Part shown: piece by piece, positions 53,110 through 63,726 of the stretch | Numbering within the stretch: the stretch's first letter is position 1 | Layout of the letters: each line of letters begins with the position of its first letter | Source: Gemmatimonadaceae bacterium | GTDB lineage: Bacteria > Gemmatimonadota > Gemmatimonadetes > Gemmatimonadales > Gemmatimonadaceae | Direction: 5' to 3' | Assembly (NCBI GenBank): GCA_044224875.1 | Contig: JBGAJQ010000002.1 | Location: 64,001 to 128,000, forward strand | Length of the DNA: 64,000 bases | The notes under the pieces: generated by a model | The model's input: the letters and a program-made list of their open reading frames with translations, nothing else | What the model was told of the DNA's origin: nothing | Databases searched by the model: none | Translations under genes and position numbers: made by a program

Positions 53110-53684
53110 GCCTGGGAATGCCGAGCGAACTCGCTGACTACCAGCGACAATTCATGGAAGTTCGTCAGCGTGCAGCCGCACTCACCGAGTCGTTGACGAG
53201 CGATCAATTCAACTGGCGACCCGGCCCCGATCGGTGGTCGATCGGGGAGTGTTTCGAACACCTGAATGTGACCGCCCGACGGTACCAGGAAAACATGACG
53301 CGCGCGATTGCCGACGGGCGCGCGCGCGGCCTGTACGGATCGGGCGCGCCAGCCAAGTACGGATGGTTTTCGCGCTGGTTCGAGGGGCAACTCGAGCCAC
53401 CGCCGAAGCGCCGCATGAAGGCACCGCCGGCCTTTCAGTTCACGCCCGCTGCGTCGATGGAGAAGGGGTCCGTTATGGAGCAGTTTTCAGCGCGCGGGAA
53501 AACGTGGCTGGAATTGCTCGAGGCGTGTGAGGGATTGGACGTTGCCCGCGTGAAGGTCGTATCCCCGGCCATGGGGCTGCTGCGGTTCCCCATTGGCGCC
53601 GCATTTCGGCATCAGTTGGCGCACGAACGACGCCATCTGTGGCAGGCAAGCGCGGTGTCCAAGGCGCCCGGATTCCCGCCGTGA
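53106..53684 (+). CDS. DinB family protein
   Basis: 'WSIGECFEHL', 'HERRHLWQA'. Confidence 0.88.
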   Translation: MSLGMPSELADYQRQFMEVRQRAAALTESLTSDQFNWRPGPDRWSIGECFEHLNVTARRYQENMTRAIADGRARGLYGSGAPAKYGWFSRWFEGQLEPPPKRRMKAPPAFQFTPAASMEKGSVMEQFSARGKTWLELLEACEGLDVARVKVVSPAMGLLRFPIGAAFRHQLAHERRHLWQASAVSKAPGFPP

Positions 53685-53722
53685 CGGACGCCTAACGAAC
53701 TGTAGTGTGCAGCCTCCCAGCG

Positions 53723-53753
53723 GAGGGGCATGACGCCATTCCTCATGCCCCTC
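53723..53753. terminator. Hairpin between convergent genes
   Basis: 11-bp stem GAGGGGCATGA/TCATGCCCCTC. Confidence 0.65.
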
Positions 53754-53768
53754 GGCTTTCGCGGGACG

Positions 53769-56700
53769 CTAGTTCGAGATGATGGCGTTCTGGATGTTCT
53801 TTGAACGGAGCATCTGCTTGAACGCCTCCACGTCCTTGCTCATGACCTCGTCAAATTGGCGACGGATCCTTGCCAGCTCCGTGCGCAGTTGCGCCTGTAC
53901 GTCGCGTTGGGCTTGCGTGGGCGCAAAGTCCGAACTGGTCACGGCCTGCCCCAGATACACGATCTTCTCGCCGAGCTTGTACGGCCAGCGCAGCAGATCC
54001 TGGCCGCGTCCGGTGACGCGGAGCTGGGTGAGCTGTTCCTCCACGGCGAGCAACTTCTTGTCCAGGGAGTCGACCTGTTCGCGCACGTCCTTCGTCTTGT
54101 CGTCGTCGCCTAACGTTGACTTGAGTGTGAGGACCTGACTGCGCACGATTTCCAGTCCGTTCACCATGTCCACGGCGCCATTGAGGTCCGTGGCGATGTC
54201 CTTGACCAGCGCAACCTGGGCACGAATCTCCTCCTCACTTCCGCCGGAGTTCGGGTCCTTCTTGACGACCACGGATTGAGTCTGCTCGCTGTCCCCGACT
54301 TTGAGCTTCACCGTGTACGTACCGGGCGCAACGAGCCAGTTACCGCGGCCGAGGCTTGGCGAGGTGCGCCCTTCGGGCGGATATCGCATCTCTGGGGTGA
54401 ACAGGGGCGCCGTGCGGAGCTTGGCCTCCTTGGTGAGGTCGGTGCGCAGATCCCACCATGCCCGATTCAGCCCGGCTTTCGCAGCGCCCTTCATCGTCCG
54501 CACGACCGTACCCGTGGCATCGGAGATGGTGATTGACGCGCTATCCTTGCTCTCGGACTTCAACCAGTAGTTGAGTGATGCCCCACCGGGCGAGTTTTGC
54601 CCGACGGTGGGGTCATACGCGACGGTGAACGGCACTTCCGTCGGCAACAACCGATACGTCTGGCGCGGGGCAAAGAAGTGCATCGGGTTGGCGACGAGCG
54701 ATGCCGACATCGTGCGGAGCGGCGTGATATCGTCGAGAATCCAGAAGCCGCGCCCGTACGTGGCGATGACCAGGTCATTATAGTGCTCCTGCACCACGAT
54801 CCAGTATACGGGAGCATGGGGCAGGCCTGACTGCAACGGCTCCCAGAGCGCCCCATCGTTGAAGCTGACGTAGACGCCGTTCTCGGTACCGGCATACAGC
54901 AGGCCCTTGCGAACCGGGTCCTCGCGCACCACGTGCACGTAGGAGAGTGGCGACTTGGGAATTCCGTTGACCAGCAAGGTCCACGTCTTGCCGAGGTCGG
55001 TCGTCTTGTAGATGTATGGGTCGCGCGAGTTCGATTGGTGCGCGTCGATCGAGAGATACGCCGTGTTCACGTCGTATGCCGACGGTTCAATGTTCGAGAT
55101 CGTGCCCCAAACCGGCGCTCCCGCCAGGTTCGACGTCAGGTCGGTCCACGTCTGCCCGCCGTCCTGGGTCAGTTGCACCTTGCCGTCATTGGTTCCGGCC
55201 CAGATCAGCCCGGCCTTGAGTTTCGATTCGGCGATGGCGAACACCACGCCGGAATACTCGACGCCGATGTTGTCCGGGGTCAGCCCGCCGTTCGCCTTCA
55301 TTCGGCTGCGATCGTTTCGCGTAAGGTCCGGCGATATGACCTGCCACGTGCGTCCCCCATTCGTGGTCATGTGGACGTGTTGGCTGCCCACGTAGACCTT
55401 GTTGTGATCGTGCGGCGAGATTGTCAGCGGGAAGGTCCACACGAAGCGGTACTTCACTTCCTCGGCGGAGTGTCCGATGGTGGCCTCCGGCCACACTTCT
55501 ACCTGCGTCGACATGTTGGTTCGCAGGTCCCATCGCGACACGATACCGCCAACCGATCCGAATCCAGACGCGCTCGACCAGACGAGGTTTGAGTCGACTG
55601 GATCTGGAGTGGCCCATCCGCTTTCACCACCGCCAACGGAGCTCCAGGAACCTCGCGGAATGCCGAATCCTCCAAACTTGCTGTCACTCGGCCCTCGCGT
55701 GGACGGACCGTCCTGTCGGTTGCCATAGAGGAAGTACGGCACCCGGTTATCGACCGCGACGTGGTACATCTGGGCGATCGGCAGCTGGATGCGATTCCAC
55801 GTCATGGTGCGGTTTTCGGTGATCGACACACCGCCGTCGGAGCTGACGATCATGCGATTGCCGTCGGTAGGATCGATCCAAATGTCGTGGTGGTCCCCGG
55901 AGGGAACCTCCTCGCCCTGTGGGTCGATGACGGTCTTGCCCCCATCGAGCGTCTTGGCCCAGTTGGCGGAAAGGAAGTACGCCTCATCCGGGTTGTCCGG
56001 CGACACACCCATGCGATTGTAGTAGTGGGTGCGACCAGCCAATTGGCGATCGATGTTCACCATCTGCCAGTTGGCTCCGGCGTCATCGGAGCGCCAAAGT
56101 CGTCCCTTGTCTGGGTCGTTCACGTTCAGTGCCGGGACTCCGTCGCCAGTCTCAATGAGCGCATAAATGCGGTTGGAGTTTGCCTTGGAGATGCCGAGTC
56201 CGATCTTGCCAATCCATTTTGTGGGCAGCCCATTGCCCGTCAGGCGCTTCCACGTTGAGCCGCCGTCGGTGGACTTCCAGATTCCGCTGCCGGGGCCACC
56301 AGAGGTCCTTCCCCATGTATGGATCTCGATCTGCCACATGCCGGCGTACAGGATGCGCGGATTGTTGGGGTCCATCACCAGCTCAGCTGCGCCGACCGAG
56401 TCATTGACGAACAGGATCTTCTCCCACGTCTTGCCGCCATCGGTGGTGCGGAAGATGCCGCGGTCGGGCTGCGGCCCGTACGCGTGGCCTAACGCGGCGA
56501 TGTAGACGACGTCCGGATTCGTCGGGTGAATGACCACACGGGATATCCGGCCCGTGTTCTCGAGGCCCATGCGGGTGAAGGATTTTCCGGCGTCTGTCGA
56601 CTTGTAGACTCCCCACCCCACGGAGATGTGCGATCGGATGAACGGCTCTCCGGTTCCTGCCCAGACGACGTTGTGGTCAGACGATGCCACAGCGATCGAG

Positions 56701-57023
56701 CCGACGGAGGACACGGGTTGGTCGTCGAAGATCGGATTCCAGTGAATCCCCCCGTCGGTGGTCTTCCACAGGCCACCCGACGCGGCGCCGGCGTAGTACG
56801 TGGTTCGGTCTCCGGGAACCCCAGCAATCGACGTGACACGATTTCCCTCAGGTCCTACGTAACGCCATTTGAGCTGCGTGAATGCCGTCGAGTCGAGGAA
56901 TGACGTCGGCATCGTGCTGGCTGTCGGTGCGGTGCGGCCGCGCTGTGCCGGTGCGCTGCTCGGCGCCGTGATCACAGCTACTGCGAGCACGACGGCGAGG
57001 CGTCGACGAAGTAATCTGGGCAT
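53769..57023 (-). CDS. VPS10/sortilin-like BNR-repeat protein (putative glycosyl hydrolase)
   Basis: 'WRYVGP', 'GGLWKTTDGG', many S/TxDxGxTW Asp-boxes, 'ATYGRGFWILDD'; signal peptide. Confidence 0.88.
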   Translation of the reverse strand: MPRLLRRRLAVVLAVAVITAPSSAPAQRGRTAPTASTMPTSFLDSTAFTQLKWRYVGPEGNRVTSIAGVPGDRTTYYAGAASGGLWKTTDGGIHWNPIFDDQPVSSVGSIAVASSDHNVVWAGTGEPFIRSHISVGWGVYKSTDAGKSFTRMGLENTGRISRVVIHPTNPDVVYIAALGHAYGPQPDRGIFRTTDGGKTWEKILFVNDSVGAAELVMDPNNPRILYAGMWQIEIHTWGRTSGGPGSGIWKSTDGGSTWKRLTGNGLPTKWIGKIGLGISKANSNRIYALIETGDGVPALNVNDPDKGRLWRSDDAGANWQMVNIDRQLAGRTHYYNRMGVSPDNPDEAYFLSANWAKTLDGGKTVIDPQGEEVPSGDHHDIWIDPTDGNRMIVSSDGGVSITENRTMTWNRIQLPIAQMYHVAVDNRVPYFLYGNRQDGPSTRGPSDSKFGGFGIPRGSWSSVGGGESGWATPDPVDSNLVWSSASGFGSVGGIVSRWDLRTNMSTQVEVWPEATIGHSAEEVKYRFVWTFPLTISPHDHNKVYVGSQHVHMTTNGGRTWQVISPDLTRNDRSRMKANGGLTPDNIGVEYSGVVFAIAESKLKAGLIWAGTNDGKVQLTQDGGQTWTDLTSNLAGAPVWGTISNIEPSAYDVNTAYLSIDAHQSNSRDPYIYKTTDLGKTWTLLVNGIPKSPLSYVHVVREDPVRKGLLYAGTENGVYVSFNDGALWEPLQSGLPHAPVYWIVVQEHYNDLVIATYGRGFWILDDITPLRTMSASLVANPMHFFAPRQTYRLLPTEVPFTVAYDPTVGQNSPGGASLNYWLKSESKDSASITISDATGTVVRTMKGAAKAGLNRAWWDLRTDLTKEAKLRTAPLFTPEMRYPPEGRTSPSLGRGNWLVAPGTYTVKLKVGDSEQTQSVVVKKDPNSGGSEEEIRAQVALVKDIATDLNGAVDMVNGLEIVRSQVLTLKSTLGDDDKTKDVREQVDSLDKKLLAVEEQLTQLRVTGRGQDLLRWPYKLGEKIVYLGQAVTSSDFAPTQAQRDVQAQLRTELARIRRQFDEVMSKDVEAFKQMLRSKNIQNAIISN

Positions 57024-57252
57024 CAAGAATGCTCTCGGCTCAAAGTGGGACGACGTGGTGCACTCGTTGCTCGCTTCCCGTGGTGATTCAACGGGTTCAA
57101 CCTGCGCTTTCAGGTGCGAGGCACGTACGAGGCTGGGAGAATCATCTGGCAGGACGGGTGCGACCGCAAGTTGATCGTGTCGCGATGTCCTACGGCGTCC
57201 GCCGCCCCTAAACACGTGGGAGAAATGCGAAATTCAACATGGGGCGAGTCGG

Positions 57253-57702
57253 CTAGGACTGCTCCGCGCGCAACACGGCCCCGGTGGTGCCTGTCGCACG
57301 ATCGTAGGTGACGATGTGTGCCCATTCATCGGCGTCCGATCGCGCGACGACCGCGACCACCGGTTCCGTCGCGCTCATGTTGAACACCTCGTGCGGCACG
57401 CCCGGCTCGATGTAGATGAAGTCCCCCGCCTCGTTTTCGATCGACTGTTCGAGCTTGTGCCCGTACTCGTGGCGGACGCGACCCTGCAGTATGTACAACA
57501 TCACTTCGAATCCAACGTGTACATGCGCGTAGGCGACGCCCCTGGGCGGCACGGTGGCGACATTCATCGACAGGTGTTTCACATTGACGTTCTTCGCGGA
57601 AAGGCCCACCTGATACTGGATTCCATTCCACGCGCGCACGGTCTCTCCGCCTCGAATCACCGAGATTCCGTCGTGGTGCTCCACGCAGTTCCGAAGGTCC
57701 AT
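57253..57702 (-). CDS. Cupin-domain protein
   Basis: 'AHVHVGFE', 'AGDFIYIEPGVPH'. Confidence 0.88.
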   Translation of the reverse strand: MDLRNCVEHHDGISVIRGGETVRAWNGIQYQVGLSAKNVNVKHLSMNVATVPPRGVAYAHVHVGFEVMLYILQGRVRHEYGHKLEQSIENEAGDFIYIEPGVPHEVFNMSATEPVVAVVARSDADEWAHIVTYDRATGTTGAVLRAEQS

Positions 57703-57751
57703 AAATGCTCCTACTTAGGAAGGATCGAAACGATGGTGAGTGCGCGCACGG

Positions 57752-58612
57752 TCAGAAGTAGGGCGCGGTGGCAGGCAACGTGGCGCCGCAGCGGCACGTC
57801 GCCGTCTTCTCGCTGTCCTCCATCTGGCCGCACGACGTGCACCGAATCCAGCTTGGGTTGATTCTGACGGGGGCCCACACGGACGTCCACCCGCCGGCCG
57901 AAAGCTCGTTGAAGAAGGCCGGCATCGCCGATTTGTGCGTACCATCCTGCATCATGCGTCGCGGCGCCTCCGCGCTATCCCACGCCGCAAATGTCATCAT
58001 GCGGTCGCCGACGGTTGCCAAGGTCAACCCCGCGAACCCCGGCTGCGACGGCAACTCGGCCGCGATCACGCGACTGAATTCGCGAACCTTACCGATCTCT
58101 TCTGCCGAGCGTGTGCGCAGGACGGTGATGCTGAAGGCGCCAGGTTTTGCGGTACTCGTTCCGCCGACGCGAATAGACGTGCCGAACTGGAACGGGCCAA
58201 CTTCCTGGGGCTGCGTGATCACGCTCATGCCAAGCTGCCGAGGCATCTCGGTGCTATCGAAGTACCCGCGGACTGAGGTGATTCCTTGCGGGCCTACCCT
58301 AATGAAGTCGGCGCCCGGCAGCACGACCGCCTTGCCCGTGGGCGGAAGGCCTCGCATGGAACCGCGGTTGGTTCCGTACATCATCCATTGGGCGGCAACG
58401 CCGCCGGGAATGGCATCCTCGCTGAGGAAGTCGAAGCGCAGGTCCGGGAGGGCGCTCCACAGTCCGGCAGCGTAGGTCCCGATCGCGTCACCACGAAGTG
58501 CGCCGCCGGACGCCGGATCTTCATAGGTGCCGTCAGGTGCAAACGTGGACACAATGGCGGCGGCATCGTGGGCATTCCACGCATCGAAGTAGCGACGGAC
58601 GACATCGTTCAT
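57752..58612 (-). CDS. SnoaL-like (ester cyclase/NTF2) domain fused to a second domain and a C-terminal zinc ribbon
   Basis: 'YFDAWNAHD', 'PDLRF', 'GLPPTGK'; C-terminal 'CTSCG...CRCG'. Confidence 0.8.
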   Translation of the reverse strand: MNDVVRRYFDAWNAHDAAAIVSTFAPDGTYEDPASGGALRGDAIGTYAAGLWSALPDLRFDFLSEDAIPGGVAAQWMMYGTNRGSMRGLPPTGKAVVLPGADFIRVGPQGITSVRGYFDSTEMPRQLGMSVITQPQEVGPFQFGTSIRVGGTSTAKPGAFSITVLRTRSAEEIGKVREFSRVIAAELPSQPGFAGLTLATVGDRMMTFAAWDSAEAPRRMMQDGTHKSAMPAFFNELSAGGWTSVWAPVRINPSWIRCTSCGQMEDSEKTATCRCGATLPATAPYF

Positions 58613-58772
58613 AACCCTATCCTCTGAATCGCGAGTGCGTATCATGCGCTACGTACTGGCAAGCGCCAGACGTTGTTGATGAGTCCGAACGTCTCGATGC
58701 GCGACGCCAACGGCCGACACCGGTACGAGCAGCGCCAGAAGATGGCGCGCAGGACCGGACTTTGGGAGGCGG

Positions 58773-59225
58773 CTACTTCGGCGTCGTCGGGTGTTCGAGG
58801 TACTGGCGTAAGTAGTCAACCGCCAATGGCCACCCATCCACGACGGCGTTGTAGAACCAGTCCCACGCGGCACCGTCGCGGTACCCACTCTGCAGGACCG
58901 TCGCTCGCGTCTGGCGGAGACCCACGCGTTCCGCCGACACCTCCAGCTCCATCGGGCCAAAGATTCCGTGCTCCGGGTTGAAGTACGTGAAATGGTCGAT
59001 ACGAAGTTCACGGTCCGGGTCCAGGGCGACGATCGTGCCGGTCGAGACATACTGATACCCTTTTTCGGACACGCCCCACCCGATCGCGTAGAGCCCGTTC
59101 ACCTGCGGTTCCACAAGCGTGCGATCGGCACGCCACCACCCCTGGAGGTCGATCGGGTCCAGGAACGCGCGGATCACACGGGACGGCTCCACGAACATGA
59201 CGGATTGGGCACGGACGGCTCTCAT
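58773..59225 (-). CDS. SRPBCC (AHSA1-like) domain protein
   Basis: 'PSRVIRAFLDPIDLQGWW', 'GWPLAVDYLRQYLE'. Confidence 0.8.
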   Translation of the reverse strand: MRAVRAQSVMFVEPSRVIRAFLDPIDLQGWWRADRTLVEPQVNGLYAIGWGVSEKGYQYVSTGTIVALDPDRELRIDHFTYFNPEHGIFGPMELEVSAERVGLRQTRATVLQSGYRDGAAWDWFYNAVVDGWPLAVDYLRQYLEHPTTPK

Positions 59226-59364
59226 CGTTAGGCTCCCGTGGGGGCGACGGTGTTTGGCATCGATCATAGCGTTGCGCGACCTTCGCCGATAGCACGGATA
59301 GCCCAACGCCGTGGGCCTCCGTATCTTCTTCACCTTGCATCATCCGAATCCATCCTTCACACGC

Positions 59365-60537
59365 ATGCCATTCCACGAACGACCGACCTTCCCCAGGGGC
59401 TACCGTTGCGCCAGTCGGAATGTCGGCTTGAAGCCTGACGCCAAGGATCTCGCGCTCTTCGTGAGCGAGGTGGATGCGACCGCGGCTGCGGTCTTCACGC
59501 GCAATCACTTTCCGGGCGCACCCATCATCGTCGGTCGCGAGATCCTGCCAGCGGGAGGAGGACACCTTCGGGCCATCGTTGCCAACAGCAAGTGCAGCAA
59601 CGTGGCGACGGGAGCGGCTGGCGTTGAAAACGCGCGCCGAATGGCACGCGCGGCGGCTGCCGAAGTCGGCACACAACCGGATCTGGTGCTCGTCAGCTCG
59701 ACGGGCGTGATTGGTGTGCCACTCCCGATCGAGAAGATTGAACTCGGCATCCGCGGGATGCGCGGCGACTTGCAGGCGGACCCGCTTGTCGGCGCGCATG
59801 GGATCATGACCACGGACACGTACGCCAAGGCGCTGTCGGTCAGCGTAGGGGAGGCGACGATCACGTGGGTCGCCAAGGGCTCTGGGATGATCGAGCCGAA
59901 CATGGCGACCATGCTTGCCTACATCTTCACGGACGCGTCAATGGATGCTCCCACACTGGACGCCATGTTGCGCCGAGTGGTTGAGCAATCGTTCAACATG
60001 CTCTCGGTGGATGGGGATACGAGTACGTCAGACACGTGCGTGATCATGGCGAATGGTCTTGCCGGCCCCGTCGACGCCGCGGCGTTCGAGGCGGCGCTGT
60101 TGGTGGGGTGCATCCGCATGACGGAGCTGTTGGCCCGGGACGGTGAGGGGGCGGAGCACCTGTTACGGACGCATGTGCGTGAGGCGGCGACGCGCGCCGA
60201 GGCGCGCCGGATTGCCAAGGCACTCATCAATTCTCCGCTGGTGAAGACGATGGTGCATGGTGCCGATCCGAATGTCGGACGCATCCTGATGGCGGTGGGG
60301 AAGTGTTTCGAGTGCACCATCGACCCCGTTCGCACCCAGGCGTGGATCAATGGATATCAGGTGGTCCGGGACGGCGCGCGAGTGGCGTTTGACGACGCGG
60401 TCGTGCGGGCCGCGCTCGCCAAGGAAGACGTCGATATCGAGGTGGCGTTAGGTGTCGGGGCCGGTGCCGCGACCGCGTACGGTTGCGACCTGACGAAGGG
60501 CTACATCGAGGAGAACGCCGCGTACTACTCGAGCTGA
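59365..60537 (+). CDS. argJ: Glutamate N-acetyltransferase / ornithine acetyltransferase ArgJ
   Basis: 'SSTGVIG', 'IMTTDT', 'AKGSGMIEPNMATML', 'VDGDTSTSDT', 'ARDGEGA', 'GCDLT..YI..NA.Y'. Confidence 0.96.
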   Translation: MPFHERPTFPRGYRCASRNVGLKPDAKDLALFVSEVDATAAAVFTRNHFPGAPIIVGREILPAGGGHLRAIVANSKCSNVATGAAGVENARRMARAAAAEVGTQPDLVLVSSTGVIGVPLPIEKIELGIRGMRGDLQADPLVGAHGIMTTDTYAKALSVSVGEATITWVAKGSGMIEPNMATMLAYIFTDASMDAPTLDAMLRRVVEQSFNMLSVDGDTSTSDTCVIMANGLAGPVDAAAFEAALLVGCIRMTELLARDGEGAEHLLRTHVREAATRAEARRIAKALINSPLVKTMVHGADPNVGRILMAVGKCFECTIDPVRTQAWINGYQVVRDGARVAFDDAVVRAALAKEDVDIEVALGVGAGAATAYGCDLTKGYIEENAAYYSS

Positions 60538-60639
60538 GTCGACCCTCACGCGTGGTCTTCTGGGCCTTGACGTTGGTCCGCGCCACTGGGAAGGTTGAGC
60601 AGCCTGCGTTTCCGACGTTCTACTCAACCTGTCGATCAC

Positions 60640-63486
60640 ATGTCGTTTGCCGTACTTGGTGTGTTGCTCGTGCTGCAGGGGGTGGGGGCGGGGGTGGCCG
60701 TGCGGGAGCCCGCGATGTCGCCGCAGGGCCAGTTGGCGGCGTCGGTCGATGGTGATCTGTGGCTCCGGACGACCAATGGGCGGTGGGCGCGCCTGACGTC
60801 AGGACCCGCATGGGACCGGCAACCTGCCTGGAGCGCCGACGGAACATCCCTGGTCTTTGCGTCGGACCGGAGCGGGCACGGTGACATTTACCGCCTCGCA
60901 GTCCGCGGCGATGCGGCGGCCAAACCCGAACGCCTAACGAATAGTGATCAGGTCGAGGGGGAGCCCTGGGTGTCACCGTCCGGTGTCGTGTATTTCGTGC
61001 GTGGGGATGGCAGTACGGCCAGAATCTGGGTCCGCCAGGCGGACGGCACCGAGAAGCGCCTGACGAGGGCTGAGGTCCCCGAACGATGGCCCGTAGTTTC
61101 TCCTGACGGCAACCGGCTCGTGTATGTGCAGCTGGGTGAAACCAGTCGTCGCGTGCATGTACGTGTGCTGGCGACGGACAAGGACAGCGTCGTCCTTGGC
61201 GATCGGGCGCCCGAGCGCGTCACGTGGTCTCCCGATGGCGACCGTCTCGTCTTCTACTCACCAACACCCCGAGCCGGTATCTGGGTTGCTGCTGACGATG
61301 GTCGGTACGTCAACTACGTCAGTGCGCGACGCGGCGACCCTGTCTGGAGCGCCGACGGCCGTCAGATCGTCATTGGTGAGCGGTTTGCCGACGATGCCGG
61401 GTACAACGGCGATCCGGATCGGATGGGCGACCGCGCCATCGCGGAACAGTTGGGAGGCGCCGACGGACTCCTCTCAATCACGGCGCCCGAACCACCCGAT
61501 GCGGGACGACGCGCCGTATCCGGTCCGGCGATCGTGGACCGGCGCATGCGAAACGCTGACGCGTTCGACCGATTCTGGGAGCGCATGGACGCTACGTACT
61601 TTCGGGCGGTAGATGCCAACGATCGTCACGCCGCGTGGGTCGCCATAAAGGAACGGCTGCGGCCGCAGGCCCTTGTCGCCAGCTCCGACGCGGCGTTGGC
61701 CAAGGTTGTGCATCAGGCGGTGTTGGAGCGGCCGGTGTTGCGCACGGAGGTGACCGGTCGCGCTGCCGTTTCCAGCGCGCATCCCGTCGCGACGGCGGCG
61801 GGAGTCGAGATGCTAGCCAAGGGTGGGAATGTGGTCGATGCCGCCGTGGCGGTTTCCTTCGCGCTTGGCGTGGTGGAACCTGACGCGTCGGGCGTTGGTG
61901 GGTATGGTGAGATGCTGGTGAACCTCAGTGGCATGGCGCGGCCGACACTGATCGAGTTCATGGCGCGTGTGCCGGAGGAGGCGACGCTCTCCAATGCGTC
62001 GCTGCTGGAGAACGGGCGGTACCCGTCGGATGGGCCCATGCTCGCCATGGTGCCCGGAACGGTGGCCGCGATGTACCAGGCGTGGCAGCGATTCGGGTCC
62101 AAGAAGATCCCGTGGGCCGATCTGGTGGCGCCGGCGATCCGCGCGGCGAAGGATGGCTACGTGGTGAGTGACGGGCTGGCCACGACACTCGAGACGGAGC
62201 GAGAACGATTCACCAAGTACGAATCGAGCAAGACCCTGTTCTTCCGGAACGGTTCACCGCTCAAGGCGGGCGACACACTCAAGAACCCGGACTTGGCGTG
62301 GACCCTCGAACAAATCGCCAAGAATGGCCACGATGGCTTCTACAAGGGCGACGTGGCTCGACGGTTGGTGAACGACCTTCGGGGCAAGGGCAACGCGATG
62401 AAGCTGACGGATCTGTCGCGGTACTTTGCCGCGGAACGAGTGCCGGTCGAGGGAACGTACCGCGGGTTGAGCGTGTTCTCCAGCGCACCGCCAGCCGGCG
62501 GAGGCGTGACGCTCGTGTCGCAGCTGAATGCGCTGGAGCACATCTCCGCACCACGGCGGTACACCGACGACGCGGCGACCCTGCACGCCATGATCTCGGC
62601 CTGGCAGCTCATACCGTCGTCGAGAAACCGTGTGGCGGATCCTTCGCTCTGGCCAGTGAATATCGAGCCGTTTCAGAACAAGGACACTGCGGCCGTGCGT
62701 TGGAAGTGCTTTGACCCGGCCCGCGCGTTGACGCCAGCGGCGTTTCGGGGAGATACGCTGAGCTGCAACACCTCGAGGGACGCCAGTGGATCCGGGTCGC
62801 GCGACGAGGATCGTGGCGATGACGCCTCCCCCACGGAGTGCGAGGGACAGCCCGATCACGCCGCCGGCGCGATCTGCCGACCGCAAGGCACCACGGCGTT
62901 CACGGTGGCTGACGGCGACGGGAACGCCGTAGTCGTCACCCAGACCCTCGGCACATGGGGTGGGAACTTCTACGTCACGCCGGGGCTCGGCTTCCTGTAC
63001 AACGACAAGCTGACGTCCTATGGAACGGATCCGTCAGCCTATGGCGCGCGCCTTCCGTACGCACGGCACGGCAGTTCGATCGCGCCAACGATTGTCATGG
63101 AGGGGAGTGGTGAGCGGCGCCGCCCGCTGCTGACCGTTGCGGCGGCGGGGAATGCGTGGATCAACGCCGCCGTCTTTCAGACACTCGTGGGAGTGATCGA
63201 CTTCGGGCTTACCCCCCAACGCGCGTTGGAGCTGCCGAGGTTCCTCCCGTCGCAGCGCGGGGGAGCGTTTGGACCGGCTGGTCCGCGCGAGTTCGTGGTC
63301 GACATCGAGGACGGCTACGATCCCGACGTCATTGCCCAGCTCAAGGCGATCGGACATCACTTCAACGTCATCTCGCTTCCCGGCGAATTGCGGATGGGGT
63401 ATGGTGCGGCGATCAAGATCGGACCTGGCACCGTCACCGCCGGGGGCGATCCTCGGCGCTCTGGGACGGCGGGAGCTATTCCATAG
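60640..63486 (+). CDS. Gamma-glutamyltransferase fused to an N-terminal TolB-like propeller
   Basis: PD40-like blades ('PAWSADG', 'WSPDG'); GGT motifs 'GGNVVDAAVA...VVEPDASGVGG', 'GTTAFTVADGDGN', 'GDPRRSG'. Confidence 0.88.
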   Translation: MSFAVLGVLLVLQGVGAGVAVREPAMSPQGQLAASVDGDLWLRTTNGRWARLTSGPAWDRQPAWSADGTSLVFASDRSGHGDIYRLAVRGDAAAKPERLTNSDQVEGEPWVSPSGVVYFVRGDGSTARIWVRQADGTEKRLTRAEVPERWPVVSPDGNRLVYVQLGETSRRVHVRVLATDKDSVVLGDRAPERVTWSPDGDRLVFYSPTPRAGIWVAADDGRYVNYVSARRGDPVWSADGRQIVIGERFADDAGYNGDPDRMGDRAIAEQLGGADGLLSITAPEPPDAGRRAVSGPAIVDRRMRNADAFDRFWERMDATYFRAVDANDRHAAWVAIKERLRPQALVASSDAALAKVVHQAVLERPVLRTEVTGRAAVSSAHPVATAAGVEMLAKGGNVVDAAVAVSFALGVVEPDASGVGGYGEMLVNLSGMARPTLIEFMARVPEEATLSNASLLENGRYPSDGPMLAMVPGTVAAMYQAWQRFGSKKIPWADLVAPAIRAAKDGYVVSDGLATTLETERERFTKYESSKTLFFRNGSPLKAGDTLKNPDLAWTLEQIAKNGHDGFYKGDVARRLVNDLRGKGNAMKLTDLSRYFAAERVPVEGTYRGLSVFSSAPPAGGGVTLVSQLNALEHISAPRRYTDDAATLHAMISAWQLIPSSRNRVADPSLWPVNIEPFQNKDTAAVRWKCFDPARALTPAAFRGDTLSCNTSRDASGSGSRDEDRGDDASPTECEGQPDHAAGAICRPQGTTAFTVADGDGNAVVVTQTLGTWGGNFYVTPGLGFLYNDKLTSYGTDPSAYGARLPYARHGSSIAPTIVMEGSGERRRPLLTVAAAGNAWINAAVFQTLVGVIDFGLTPQRALELPRFLPSQRGGAFGPAGPREFVVDIEDGYDPDVIAQLKAIGHHFNVISLPGELRMGYGAAIKIGPGTVTAGGDPRRSGTAGAIP

Positions 63487-63726
63487 CAAGACGCCGCGGC
63501 GAGCAAGACAGGCCGTGAACCACGCGGCGTACTGGACAGCTGAGGGCGTGCTGGCGGGCGCGAGGCGGCCGGCTCTTGCACTCTCCGCTTGGGCTGTCGT
63601 ACCTGCTGCTGTGTGCGAGGGAGAAGGTGCAAGGTATTGGGAACCGGCAGACCTGCTTCGTGCTTTATCTGGTGGGCGCGGGCGTGACAGTCGCCACGCG
63701 CCCTCGACCCGACAACCGGAGCCAGC

